DNA of 64,000 bases, from the NCBI GenBank assembly GCA_024137785.1, contig JAHRHZ010000024.1:7960889-8024888 (forward strand). The letters are read 5' to 3'. Below, one piece after another: positions 29,201 through 40,620 of this stretch. The position numbers and the translations under genes were made by a program. The notes under the pieces are model-generated. The model searched no databases. It saw only the letters and a list, made by a program, of their open reading frames with translations, and had not been told where the DNA came from. The stretch's first letter is position 1, and the number at the start of each line of letters is the position of its first letter. Origin of the DNA: Ginglymostoma cirratum. Lineage: Eukaryota.

Positions 29201-31308
29201 AGTGATTCATTGACTAGCCCGGCTGCCTCACAGCGCCAGGGAACTGAGTTTCATTCTCCCTCAGGAAACAGTCTGTGTGGAGTTTGCACATTCTCCCCAT
29301 GTCTGTGTGCTCTGGTTTCCTCCCACAGTCCAAAGATGTATGGATTAGATGGAGTAACCACGGGAAATGCAAGGTTATAGGCATCGGGTAGTTGAGTAGG
29401 ATGCGCTTCGGAGGGTTGATGCAGAGTCAATGGGCTGAATGGCCTGTTTCCACACTGTAGGGATTCTATGATATGAGCCTGCTCTGCCATTCGACAACAT
29501 TCTCCTTGTATCAAAACCTGTCATCGCAGGTGAACCTTCACTACTCTCCCTCTATTAAAAGCATATCCTTTCTTAGATACCCATGTTCAAATGTTCCTAT
29601 GTACAATGTTAATCTAGCTAACTACTCTCAGCATATGAAATCTGACGGCTAGCATCCACATCCCTTGCGCATCCCGAAATCTCCATTAAGGTGAAGATCA
29701 GGTTCACATTAAAAGAATTGAACTTGATTCTGGACTATAATGTGCTGGTCGCAATTTGAAATTATTTTAATATACAAATTTTTTTAAAATATTTGTTTAC
29801 TTGCTGAAATTTGGGACAAATTCGTTTAATTATGCAACTCAGCCTAATATCCATATTCGCCCAGCCTCTGAGATATTGTAGAAAACATAAAGGCAGATTA
29901 CTGCACACGCTAAATATCTGAGATTAAAAACAGAAAATTCTGGAAATACTCAGTAGGTCTGGCAATCTTTGTTGTAAGGGAAACAGAATGAACCTTTCAA
30001 GTCATGATCTTTCATCAGAATTGGAAAAAAGTTAGAAATGCGACAACTTTTATGGAAGTGAAATAGGGTGGGAAGGAAAAAAAAGGTAGTGTCTATAAGG
30101 TAAAAAGCTGGAGACATCAAATGACAAAAGAGTTGGCAGGAATACCCAAAAGAAGTGGCAATGGGACAAGTGAAGAAATATAAAATGCTTCCAAAGAAGG
30201 CATAAATGTCAAAATTATGAATAGCTAACATGCACAACATAAGAGAGTCAAAACACCATAAAATGGAAAAGGAAATTAGACCAAATGTGGGATTGGGATT
30301 ATGGTCTGAAATTGTTGAACTCAATGTTGAGTCCCAAAAACCAGAAAGTGAGAAAAACAAGTCCTATCTCTCAAAAATTAATTGGTTCGTGCTGGCACAT
30401 TGCATTAGGTTGAGAATAGTATTGACATTGCGAAAGCAAGATAAAAAGCCAAATGGCAAGCTTGGGTTCACGCTTACAGGCTGAGTGGAGTCACACAATC
30501 TGAGTTTAGTCTCCCCAGTGTAGAGAAGATTACATCATTAGCAGTGGATACAGTAGCCTTAACTGAAAGCAGTAAATCTTCATCTAAAAGAAATATTTGG
30601 GTTGATGAGGAGAGAGGGATTAAAAGGGCAACTGTCAAATCACCTGCATTTACGTCAAGTAGAGTCATGGGAAGGTGACAGCAAGTTGGGGACGTGATGG
30701 CCTAGTGGTAGTATCACTGAACTGTTAATCCAGGGATTCAGATAACATTCTGAGGACCTGGGTTCAAATCCTGCCATGGCAGATGGTGGAATTTGAACTC
30801 AATAAATATCTGGAATTAAGAGTCTAATGATAACTGTGAATCCATTGTCACTTGTCAGGGAAAAATACCATCTGGTTCATTAATGCCCTTTGGGAAGGAA
30901 ACTGCCATCCTTACTTGGTCTGCCCCACATGTGACTCCAGACCCACAGCAATGTGGTTGACTCTTAACTGCCCTCTGGGCATTTAGGGGTGGGCAATAAA
31001 TGCTGTCTAGCCAGTGAAGCCCTCATTCTGTGAATGAATAAAGGAGTCGGATGTGATTGAGGAATGGACCCAGAGAAAATATTATTATAGTGACTAACTT
31101 TACACATCAGCAAAGTCCTGCCCCAGACTTCTGTTACTCACGTAATTACAACAGGTGCTACTTTGTTGGTGATGATGGATTTTGCCAAGCCTGCTGCAGT
31201 GTTAATATCTTCAGAACGATGGTCAAATCCAGACAGTTTGGCATCCCTGTCACATGGTGCTTGGATAGCTGGTGCAGTCTGCTTGCTGGTACTGGCCGAG
31301 GTGCCCAT
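2143..31308 (-). CDS. PALD1: Paladin (PALD1-family) phosphatase gene, coding exons 1-8 (366 aa); continues beyond the left edge
   Basis: Eight exons (167, 103, 180, 165, 161, 76, 149, 97 nt) join in phase into one ORF colinear with paladin as recalled ([41 protein letters not shown]). Ortholog versus paralog is not resolved. Confidence 0.93.
2340..2780 (-). mobile_element. Old Penelope-like 3' fragment of another family
   Basis: Degenerate GIY-YIG C-terminus (CDS..*HLLNNP...VLCKQ) and ctgatga motif on the minus strand. Confidence 0.5.
2930..3370 (-). mobile_element. Old CR1 RT fragment
   Basis: Reverse complement gives ..DFQK.FDKVP and YRP.SLTSV. Confidence 0.65.
3650..3993 (-). repeat. Second tRNA-derived SINE family
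   Basis: Reverse complement ggggaggcaatggcctagtggtatt...; matches 30687-31041. Confidence 0.8.
4920..5435 (+). mobile_element. CR1 LINE 3' end
   Basis: [21 protein letters not shown]1 3' UTR. Confidence 0.85.
5845..6410 (-). mobile_element. CR1 LINE 3' end inserted in the hAT element
   Basis: Reverse complement of CR1 ORF2 C-terminus and tail. Confidence 0.85.
6487..6827 (+). repeat. tRNA-derived HE1-like (V-SINE) element
   Basis: A/B boxes gtggctcaatgg / ggttcaattcc, core tgtgaagtttgcacattctccc, CR1-like tail. Confidence 0.85.
8600..8946 (+). repeat. HE1-like SINE
   Basis: Same family as 6487. Confidence 0.85.
10290..10620 (-). mobile_element. Penelope-like 3' terminal fragment
   Basis: Reverse complement closely matches 20440-20717 including the hammerhead motif. 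Confidence 0.85.
11716..12375. repeat. Palindromic PLE-terminus element inside a CR1 fragment, spanning the N gap
   Basis: ggatgaacacagcaggccaagcagcatcataggagcaggaaagcttgac followed by its reverse complement; centre ctgaagaagggtctaggcccgaga. Confidence 0.75.
11833..12232. other. Assembly gap (400 N)
   Basis: Run of N. Confidence 1.
12720..13650 (-). mobile_element. Decayed Harbinger-type Myb/SANT ORF remnant (SINE inserted)
   Basis: Fragments [24 protein letters not shown] and [13 protein letters not shown] resemble Harbinger-associated Myb-like proteins as recalled. Confidence 0.45.
13025..13361 (-). repeat. HE1-like SINE
   Basis: Reverse complement of the family. Confidence 0.85.
14475..14623 (-). 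CDS. PALD1: Paladin coding exon 7 with PTP signature: [49 protein letters not shown](R)
   Basis: ttttccag| ... AG|gtaagg, 149 nt, phase 0-2; CX5R motif CQTGVGR(S). Confidence 0.96.
16137..16547 (+). repeat. Tandem triplet of a short (about 120 bp) tRNA-derived SINE with four copies of a 13-bp spacer
   Basis: acaattaacaagg-like at 16137, 16271, 16403, 16535; units carry gtggtgcagtggt and ttcaa.tccc boxes; other copies at 24362-24572 and 40795-40905. Confidence 0.85.
17150..17225 (-). CDS. PALD1: Paladin coding exon 6: [25 protein letters not shown]
   Basis: ttctcccag| ... AGG|gtaagt, 76 nt, phase 2-0. Confidence 0.93.
17700..18650 (+). mobile_element. Decayed CR1 LINE
   Basis: VLNKY.AS, QHGF.K.KS remnants and CR1 tail. 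Confidence 0.7.
18802..18962 (-). CDS. PALD1: Paladin coding exon 5: [53 protein letters not shown](R)
   Basis: gtgtag| ... AG|gtgctt, 161 nt, phase 0-2. Confidence 0.93.
19203..20717 (+). mobile_element. Penelope-like retroelement, internally deleted (RT N-terminus fused to RT C-terminus plus GIY-YIG), with 3' pLTR
   Basis: [14 protein letters not shown]...FYLLP jumps near 19591 to [11 protein letters not shown]...[10 protein letters not shown]; endonuclease [27 protein letters not shown]; stops present; TSD cttgtacaaac at 19099-19109 and 20718-20728. Confidence 0.9.
20616..20655 (+). ncRNA. Minimal type I hammerhead ribozyme motif in PLE terminus
   Basis: GAGUU-CUGAGGA-A-GGG...CCC-GAAAC GUU-AACUC: perfect 5-bp stem I, stem II, palindromic ACGU stem III. 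Confidence 0.7.
20842..21490. repeat. Head-to-head pair of HE1-like SINEs (minus 20842-21078, plus 21157-21490)
   Basis: Family motifs on opposite strands about 80 bp apart. Confidence 0.85.
21500..21930 (+). mobile_element. RTE-like LINE 3' fragment
   Basis: NIPSI...LRWVG, KD.LK.S.KKCNI remnants. Confidence 0.5.
22183..22347 (-). CDS. PALD1: Paladin coding exon 4: [55 protein letters not shown]
   Basis: ctccag| acceptor, 165 nt; the in-phase donor is GAG|gcatgt (GC-AG). Confidence 0.92.
24037..24216 (-). CDS. PALD1: Paladin coding exon 3: GKYFMVKD...[21 protein letters not shown]...EEGHQ
   Basis: caacag| ... CAG|gtgagc, 180 nt, phase 0-0; paladin GAPNFR/GMGQP motifs. Confidence 0.96.
24621..25455. 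mobile_element. Two CR1 3' ends in opposite orientation (minus 24621-24917, plus 24925-25455)
   Basis: [24 protein letters not shown] on plus; reverse-complement tail on minus. Confidence 0.85.
26427..27148 (+). mobile_element. Possible solo LTR
   Basis: tgta... start, ...ggtcatagca end, internal ctgattgg and aataaa; no coding sequence. Confidence 0.3.
28344..28446 (-). CDS. PALD1: Paladin coding exon 2: [34 protein letters not shown]
   Basis: ttctaag| ... CAG|gtaagt, phase 2-0, 103 nt. Confidence 0.95.
29195..29472 (+). repeat. HE1-like SINE inserted in a minus-strand CR1 tail
   Basis: Core and tail motifs. Confidence 0.8.
30687..31041 (+). repeat. Second tRNA-derived SINE family
   Basis: gatggcctagtggta / gggttcaaatcc boxes, tail tgaatgaataaa. 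Confidence 0.85.
31142..31308 (-). CDS. PALD1: Paladin coding exon 1: [55 protein letters not shown](T)
   Basis: Kozak gactATGG, donor AC|gtgagt (phase 2). An acceptor tgttgtttag 13 nt upstream of the ATG implies a non-coding upstream exon. MGxxxS myristoylation consensus. Confidence 0.93.
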
Positions 31309-31424
31309 AGTCAATTAACAGCTAAACAACACAAGTTAACAAAAAGCAATTTCAGAACTGTGATTAAACAATAATTCAGTTTCTCTAGTAGAAATGGCAA
31401 TAACTTTAAACTTGATTCAAACAT

Positions 31425-32105
31425 GAATGGTAGCGGACAACTAACAGAAGGTGGATGCTCCACAAATATCTCCATCCTCAACAGTGGTAGAGCTCGGCAC
31501 ATCGGTGCAAGGGACAGTGCAGAAGCATTTTCCACAATTTTCAGCAGTAGTGCCAAATGGATGCGCCATCTTGAACTCCTTCAGATATCTCCAGCATCAC
31601 AGATACTAGTCTTCAACCAATTCAATTCACCTCAGGTGATATCAAGAAACAGTACACTGTAAAAGCTATGGGTCCTGACAGCATTCCTGCAATAGCACTG
31701 AAGACCTGCTCCACAGCTAGCTGTGGCCCTACCAAATTGTTCCAGTACATCTACAATACTGACATCTCCTGTCTGCAAAAAGCAGAACAAATTCAACCCG
31801 GCCAATTCTACCCTGTTCTGTCTACTCTCCATCATCAGTGAAGTGATGGAAGAATTTGTCGACTGTGCTATGAAGTGGTACTTGTAAAAGAATAACCTAC
31901 TTACTGATGTTCTCTTTGGATTCCACCAGGGCACTGAGCTCCAGATCTCATTACAGCCTTGGTCTCAACGTGGTCTCAACATGGTCAAAAGCGCTAACTC
32001 AAGAAGTGACTGCCCTTGATGTCATGGCAGGATTTGAGTGAGTATGCCATCAAGGAGCCCAAGCAAGACTGGAGTGCATGGGAATCCAGGAGAAAATACT
32101 CTGCT
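31425..32105 (+). mobile_element. LINE RT fragment
   Basis: AEAFSTIFS, GPDSIPAIALKTC, FGFHQGH remnants. Confidence 0.75.
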
Positions 32106-32745
32106 CTTTTTCCTAATTATATATACGCTGCCTTTAAGAGAGTTCATCTTTAAGGATCCGATTTACTTTGCGATTATAATGTTGCAACTCTGCCTGGCAG
32201 TTAACCTGCTGTAGTTTTGCAAGTTTCACACATAGAAATAATTGGTTGCTGTAATATCTGCTTCATAGCTTGTAACTTGTTTACTGTTTTAAACAACCCA
32301 CAGAGTTAATCCATACCTGATTTCTGGTTGATTATTAGATCATTATCATTAAAATGATATGGTGAACGACAGAGGACAACATGATGTTGATAAGACCCAT
32401 TATGCTCAGAAAGTCAAGCAAATTAACTTATGAGCGAAACAAGTAGTCAGCAGTCTTAAATCATGCTAAAGTGCATGAGAAAACACTTGATGTCTTTATT
32501 CCAGTAACAGCATGCTGATTAGCAGGCAATCCTTACTGAGAAGCTGGTTTAACTCACTTGAGAAATGTTAGTGTGCTGATTCAACAGCAAGAAAGTGTCA
32601 GTTGTAAACATATTGTCAGAATGTCCACAAAATTCCCCTAGTTTAAACTAGGACACAACAAACTTCCGAACAGACTTTCAAATGTTTTAAATAACATTCA
32701 GAACTATGGTTTCTATATTTGGTTATGCCTGATGCAGAAAAGCCA

Positions 32746-33530
32746 GCCACCCCAATCCCAGGCCCCAAGAAGACTTTCCACATCAGGCAGAGGTTCACCT
32801 GCACATCTGCCAATGTGGTATACTGCATCCGCTGTACCCGTTGTGGCTTCCTCTACATCGGGGAAACCAAGCGGAGGCTTGGGGACCGCTTTGCAGAACA
32901 CCTGCGCTCAGTTCGCAACAAACAACTGCACCTCCCAGTCGTGAACCATTTCAACTCCCCTTCCCATTCCTCAGATGACATGTCCATCCTTGGCCTCCTG
33001 CAATGCCACAGTGATGCCACCCGAAGGCTGCAGGAACAGCAAATCATATTCAGCCTGGGAACCCTGCAGCTCAATAGCATCAATGTGGATTTCACAAGCT
33101 TCAAAATCTCCCCTCCCCCAACTGCATCCCAAAACCAGCCCAGCTCATCTACACCTCCCTAACCTGTTTTTCCTCTCACCCCAAGCCACACCCCCATCTC
33201 CTATCTACTAACATCATCCCGCCCCCTTGACCTGTCCGTCCTCCCTGGACTGACCTATCTCCTCCCTACCCCCCTACCTACACTCACCTTTACTGGCTCC
33301 ATCCCCGCCTCTTCGACTTGTCTGCCTCCTCTCCACCTATCCTCTCCTCTATCCACCTCCCCCTCTCTCCCTATTTATTTCAGAACCCTCTTCCCCTCCC
33401 CCATTTCTGATGAAGGGTTTAGGCCCGAAACGTCAAGTTTTCCTGCTCCTATGATGCTGCTTGACCTGCTGTGTTCATCCAGCCCCATGCTTGTTATCTC
33501 GGATTCTCCAGCATCTGCAGTACCTTTTAC
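32746..33530 (+). mobile_element. 5'-truncated Penelope-like element with an open GIY-YIG endonuclease frame
   Basis: [33 protein letters not shown]...LGTLQLNSINVDF, then a pyrimidine-rich 3' region and a hammerhead motif. Confidence 0.9.
33403..33438 (+). ncRNA. Minimal hammerhead ribozyme motif
   Basis: CUGAUGA-A-GGG uuuagg CCC-GAAAC GUC; weak 4-bp stem I. Confidence 0.6.
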
Positions 33531-35669
33531 CTCCATTAAAATTTGCTTAGCAATTTGTAAGTCTACACAGATACGACACATCAGGATTAAGAGCTGAAAG
33601 ATCCTGAAAATGTATAGTTTACAATGGATAACCAATTCAGAGCCAGATTAGGCATCCATATTATTTGACTAGAATTTATGTAATTTATGCAATCTGTAGA
33701 TTACTTAATTTACAAATACTGGCAAAAGGGTTCACAATGTGATTTTTCACATACTTGGGTAGCAAGCAGAGTTGTTGATTTGGGGATTGCATCCACCCAA
33801 ATGGAAGCTTTGCAGAGCAGATACTGCTGGGTAGATACAGATACTCAGGTCAACAACGACAACAAACTAGTACAAACTCAACAGTTAACATACTCACTAG
33901 AAAATCCAAACAGAGCAATATACTCGGAGGATGCAGCTTTCCGCATGCACCGAGGGAATGCCCAATTTTCAATCAATTTTGCAAGGCACGCAGCAGAAAA
34001 GGTCACCACACTCTACAATGTGTTTTCATAATGTCAAATAATCTGTGCCCTGTCATCACTCACTTAGCAGTGCACTGGGAATTGAGCCCCACTATTCCTG
34101 GAGTCATCAATTCATCAACTATTCAAAGCCCCTAGTGTACCTGGCTGCTGTACTCCAGTTAAAGTAAATACACACCAGATTTTTAACAAGGTGGCAGCTA
34201 TTTATCACAACCCAATTGTTTCTAATCAGTCACAGAAAGAAAAATCTCAGAATTGCTGACTGATAACTCTCTATAACTAAACGCTCTATCTCCTTTAAAA
34301 GGATGCATAGCACATACAAACAGACATACTAAGAGACAAGACAAGGCAAGACGCAGGCATCACATGGAGAAGGCACAAAACAAAAAGTTAGTGAAGCACA
34401 GTTCTGGTAGGAATTTATCTTACTTCTTTACTCACAGTAGGGAGATATAGATACATTTGCTTATGCACCTGAAGAGACCCCAAACACTTACTGCCCTTAC
34501 CCTTCGCGATAGTAGTGGTCACAGGTTTGGAAGGTCCTGGCTAAGGAGCCTTGTTAAATTTCTGCAGGGCACCATGTAGATGGTATATACTACTACCACT
34601 GCGCATCGGGCTGTTAAAAGAAGCCAGGGAGGAAATAAGGGATGCTCTGAAGATGATTTTGAAATCCTCACTAGATATAGGCAAGTTATCAGACAACAAA
34701 ATGTCTGTGCAAGTCAAATCATTATTATAAAAGAATGCACATGATAAGCCGCAGTTTTCTAGGCCAATTACACTGAACTCACGAATGGGCAAGTTGCTAG
34801 AATCCAATGCTTAGAGATAGGATTAACTCTTACTTAGAAAAGCACAGATTAACAAGAGATAGTTGGAATGATTTTGCTCATTTTCTTAATCTATCAATAT
34901 CACTTTATAATTTTATGCTTCCATTTACAATGCTTAAGATATCACCTATATTTACCATATCAACTCATCTGGTTTTGTGGCTTTTCATTCCATCATCCAC
35001 ATCATTAATAGTTATAATAATCTACTTCTTTAATCAGTCAACTCCTCTAACCTGTTCATACCCTCCTGCAGTTTCTTGCAGTTTTTTGGCAGTCACTAGG
35101 TCGCCTAAAAAATGGTCTAATCCTATTTCAGATTAAATGTCCTTCAGGTATCCTTGAGCACAGCATACTTATCTAAATTAACTTGGCCAATAGCAAGGTC
35201 CAATTACTACCTATTTCTATCCACTGCTTCTTTCAGAACACTTTCCCTTCACTCTCTGCCTGACACAGAAAGATCTTTCTGGAATATTTCACATGAATGT
35301 GGTCACCATACACATTAAGTCACCTTTTGATATTTGAAGTTGCCTATTCTGAAAGTCTCACCTTTGCTAACTCGTGGATAATTGATATCTCTGAATTGAA
35401 AATATGAACTACTTTTCAAGACAATTTAACAATACAATTAACAAGACCAAACTCCAAATCATTCAAATGTTAGTTGTCTTCTAAGATAAATTTACACACA
35501 GAATTTAAAGAGACTTCAAGTAAATGCATATGCACAGAAGAATCGGAAAAATTTAAACTTACAAGCTGTTTAAAAATACAAAGAACTTTTAATAATATAA
35601 CTGCAGCTATATTTGCACTGGATTGTCAGACTAAACTGTACTTCTAATGAAGAATAGAAAGGGAAAGGC

Positions 35670-36045
35670 TTGCATTTAGTGTTTCTCGCAATATTAGAAT
35701 GTTCCACAGCGTTTTACAGCAAATTAAGTATTTTGATGAAGTGTAGCAATTACTAGAAATTAGGACAGCCAATTCACAAATAGCGAGGTCCCATAAACTT
35801 CATGTTAGAATAGCCAGATAATCTTATTTAGTGACTAAGTGATTAGTTATGAGATGAATGTTGGTCATGAGAATAAAGAGAACTTCACTATTCTTCTTTG
35901 AAATAGCATGCCAAGATATTTTACATTCACCAAGTCGAGCAGATGGGGAACTAGTTGAATATTTCATCCAAAAGATAGCAACTCCAACAGTGCAGCATTC
36001 CCTTAGCATTATAGTGAAGTGTTAAGCTAGACTTTGTGCTAATGT
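35670..36045 (-). repeat. Deu-domain SINE (SacSINE1/AmnSINE1-like); older copies near 540-790 (+) and 17440-17640 (-)
   Basis: Reverse complement gaatgctgcactgttggag...gtaaaatatcttggcatgctatttcaaagaagaatag resembles the Deu domain as recalled. Confidence 0.65.
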
Positions 36046-37766
36046 CTCTATATGATTCCAGTATTATTCTGGCAAGCACATTTTTTAATATCTCAACTAA
36101 GTCTAGTTTTGTTCCAATTTAATTTCTATGTTACAATTCATGCAGATTTTGTAATATTATTATCAAACAACAAAAATATATTTTTCTGCCACCTCTTTAT
36201 ACACCACGTAAAGTTGCATATACACCCTAGATTTCTCATAGAAGTATAAAGGAGACATGAATCATCTATGTAGCATCTTTAGAATCTATGGAAGAAATTA
36301 CTTAGTGTACTGTATAGATTATAATTTCTATAGGTCTGGCACACATGAAAGTCCATTACTATCTTTAAGAGTTGCTAGACTAACTGACTAAATAAACTGA
36401 ACCATGCATGGATATTTTGTTGCCTGTGGGGTGATTATCATATCTGAGCGGTCAGAGCATAGGCATGCCTATAACGAGCAGGGCTCCAAATGGCACTGTT
36501 AAGGGTAGAGACCATGACGGACTTCCTTAAACCTGTCATTGAGACATCTTCCCCTCTTTGATTAGTTGGTCAGCGTGAGTGGTCAATCCTCATCCTTGGC
36601 ATGGGTTTGAGCCTACAATTATCAGATGACTAAATCCGCTTCAGAGAGTTCACTTTGTCCTAAACCACCCTTTCCCAGTTTGCCATACTGAAGCCACTTT
36701 GGCCTCTAACAGGTACTACTAACCAATCTTATTCTCCTATAAATCAGATATAGAACTTACCCTGTTTTTAGCAGTTGGATACGCACTTAGACATGCACAA
36801 GCTGAACACCAGATATGAATGGATTGTTAACATTTACCTATTGTATATTCATTGCTTACACTTTGCTCCCTCAATTTATACGTTATGCCATCTCAGTGAT
36901 AAAGCTCCATCCCTATTCCTATTGCAGATGCAGAAGGTATATTCTGGCAACTGAACAAATTAATGTAAGTGATTTGTTCCACCATTAAAAATATATCATC
37001 ACGCTATCCAATCAGAGAAATAATTAGCAGCAAGCCTCAGAGACACAGTTCAGTAACTTAATCTCCTGAAAAAATAAAACACCAACAAGCCTGGACTTGC
37101 TTCAACAAGTCAGCAGTTTCCTTCAAGTGTCAGTTATAAGTGGCATCATGGCAACAATGCTTACAAAGAAAGATTTCTGCTGCACTCAGAAAATATCTGA
37201 CCAAGGGGCAAAACCCTTTGAGAGTTACTTTAAAGTTCAAACGTTGCTGAACAGGCATTTTATGTAACCTAGTATCAGTAAAAGCAGCATAACATTTGGC
37301 TGAATCATTTAGATTCCAGACTACATGGAATTACTAAATGTTTTTATGTGAAGCTAGTATTTGGTGATTTCAACTAGAATGAACTGTGTGTACCACAATA
37401 TGATACAATGGGATTGTGGATCAATGGATTACACAATACAGTGCAGCACGTAGGTTTATTATTTTGGTTTATCAATGCTTTACACAGTATGCCAGACATT
37501 ACAGTATGTACAGTACAGTTCACTTCTGTAGTAAATTAATGTATATGCATAAATTTGATTCACTATTATAACATCAATTCCTACCATCGAAACAGTGTCA
37601 GATATAGGTTCACTCCTTTGGTATATTGATGCATTTAAACCATATAATGCTGGATAAAAGTTTACCCCTGTAATATATTAATGCATTACATTACACAGTG
37701 CAGTATATAAACACAGTGCTTATATATACTCAAAACAAACGCAAATGGCAAAACTATTTCAGTTGG

Positions 37767-37980
37767 GATGTGGAGATGCCGGTGTTGGACTGGGGTGGAC
37801 AAAGTCAGAAATCACTCTACACCAGGTTATAGTCTGAAATGTTTATTTGAATTCACAAGCTTTCGGAGCGCTGCTCCTTCATCAGTTGAAGTCCTTAACT
37901 TGACAAAGGAGCAGCGCACCAAAAGCTTGTGATTTCAAATAAACCTGTTGGACTGTAGCCTGGTGTCAAGTGACTTCTAA
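37767..37980. repeat. Palindromic PLE-terminus element with hammerhead core
   Basis: Inverted arms about 37805-37886 and 37897-37980; minus-strand CUGAUGA-A-GGAGC agc GCUCC-GAAAGCUU-GUGA; flanking direct repeat tatttca(g/a)ttg at 37755 and 37982. Confidence 0.75.
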
Positions 37981-37994
37981 TTATTTCAATTGAG

Positions 37995-39190
37995 ATAGAG
38001 GAGGCTAAGGCAAAATATATTTGATAATTTAAAATAATGTGGATTGGTAGAGTTAATAGATTAAATTCGTTGAGGAGATAACATTCGCTGTGGATAAAGA
38101 GGAACAGATGGATGCATCATACGGTGCCACACCTAAGGTTATTAGGAAAATAAAATTTCATGGCATAGGGTCGTGTATTGGCATTGATCAAAGATTGGTT
38201 AACAGGAAGCAGAGAATAGGTATAAATATTCTTGTTCAAGTTGTCAAGTTATAGTGAGAAGTGTGTCACAATGATTGCTGCTGGGATCTCAATTGTTTAC
38301 AACTTATATAAACGCCTTAGATTGAGGTTACAGCCGCCAAATTTGCTGACAGCAGAAAGATAGGTAGTAATGTAAGTTGTAAAGACGACATTAGGAAGCT
38401 ACAAAAATATATAGATAAGTCACGAAAGTGGACAAATACATGGTAAGTGGAGCATAATGTGGGAAAATGCGAAATTGTCTATTTTGACAGGAGAAATTTT
38501 AAAAAAGCATATTATCTATATAATGAGTGATTATAGAGTTCTAAAATGCAGAGGGATCTGGGTGACCTCATGCAAGGATTGTAAAAGGCTAGTATGCAGG
38601 CACAATAAATAATTAGGAAGTAACAGAATGTTATCATATACCGTGAGGAAAATTGAATAGAAAAGTGGGGAGGTCATGCTTGGGTTATATGAGGCACTGG
38701 TGATGCCATTTCTACAGTGCTCTGCACAGTACTGGGCACCTTATTTAATAAAGGATGTAAATGCATAAATGGGAGTAGTTCAGAGAAGGTTCATCAGACT
38801 AATACTTGGAATGGATGGGGTTGCCTTATGAGGAAAGATTAGAACAGGCTAGGCTTGTATAAGACACGACTTGATTGAAGCATATAAAATCCTGATGGTT
38901 CTTAAAAATGCCGTTGTGGAGTGGAGGCTTCATCTTATAGGAGGATCTACAACTAGAGGTAACAATTGAAAAATCAGGGTTGCCCTTTTAAAACAGGGAA
39001 TGGCCAAAATGTTTTCTGTCAGAGAGTTATCAGTCCCTGGAATTCACTTCCTTAAAAGGTGGCGGAAGCAGAGTCTTTAATTTTTTTTCTAGTAGAGGTG
39101 GATAGAATTCTGCTAAGCAAGATGGTAAAAGGCTATCAGGAGTAGGCTCAAGGAACTGAATGGCCTAATCCTGCTTCTAATTAATGTAGC
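37995..39190 (+). mobile_element. Decayed CR1 LINE 3' portion
   Basis: AKFAD, QRDLG, VQRRFIRLI remnants with many stops. Confidence 0.8.
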
Positions 39191-39984
39191 AAAATGGAAG
39201 CAGTGGGATCAGTTTCCAATTGCTCTTCCAAATAGCTGGCATAATATGATGAGTCCGCTGCTGTAAGTTTCATGGTTCTGCAACATTGGTTAACTTCCAT
39301 GGTATATAAACGTTTGGTGTCAACAGCAGCTCATTTCTCTCGTCCCTTAATGGACCAAGATGCTTCACCACAATATATGACATTATACCAAAGATGACTA
39401 AAAGCTTTGTGAGGTGGATTTTATACATCATCTTAAAAAAGAGAGAATTGGAAGAGCAAAGATGTCTTGTAAGTGAATTTCAGAAGGGAATTTCAGAGCT
39501 ATAGCATGTGGGACAACTGAAGACATGACTGCCAATGGTAGAGGAAAGGAAGTAAGACATGAACAAGGGATCAGAATATGAAGTTTAATAATTCACAAAG
39601 GACAGAAGATCTGCAGGATGTTCCAGAGATATAGGGTAATGGATAGATTTAAATGCGACTACAACAATATTAAAAGCATTGCCGGACTGAGAGCCAAGGT
39701 ATGTCAGTGACCATAGATTTATCCTAATTAAATGGCACAATAAGAATTACCAGGCAAGCCAAAGTTTAAAGTTCAAGTTACCATCGTCCTACCAGATCAC
39801 AGGCTGCTGTCTCATTACAGGCAAGCTAATCACAGCCAAACACCACAAATTCCTGTTGCTAAGCCAGCATCATTAGGAAGTCGATACAGCTCAGCATCAC
39901 TGGCATTTCTTATGAAAAGACCAGGATGTTATTCATGAACAAACACAAGGGGAGTTCACCAAGAGAGCGGGATTTTCAGGTGGT

Positions 39985-40620
39985 ATTGTACTCATATATC
40001 TGTTGATCTTTTCCTTCCAGTTGAGAGAGGTTGCAGGCTTGGAAGGCGCTATCAGAGGAGACATGATGAATTACTGCAGTGCGTCTTGCAGATGGTACAC
40101 ACTGTTAACGCACTAAAGCAAATGAAGTGCCTGTCAAATGGGCTGTATTGTCCCAGAGAGTGCCAAGATTCTCAGGCATTTTTGAAGCTCCGCCAATCCA
40201 GACAAGTGGGAGTATTCCACCACACTCCTGACTCATGCCTTATAGATGGCGGACAGACATTGGGCAGTCAGAATCAGCACTCCCTCTAATTTTCCAACCC
40301 ACTGCACAGGTCTCTGAGGCTCACATGCGGCACAGTGACATCCTGAACTGGAATGCACGGCATGCATGGCATTCGGTGTGCTGACACCGATTGCCGTGCA
40401 TGGAACATTGGTGCTGCTGTGGCACACACTGCCACACAGCTTAGAGGGAAACTTTGGTCAGGATGTGCTGCAGGATTCTTAGCCTCTGACATGCTGTTGT
40501 AGCCACAGGAATTGTACGGCCAGCCCAGTTCAGATTCTGGTTAATGGTAACCCCAGGATGTTTATAAGTGGGGGATTCAGCGACAGTGATGTCTATGAAC
40601 ATCACATTATCAATTAGTAA
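39985..40620 (-). mobile_element. LINE 3' fragment
   Basis: Reverse complement ESPT..PGVTI.Q.LNW...QRL.IL, QCLSAIYKA. Confidence 0.7.
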
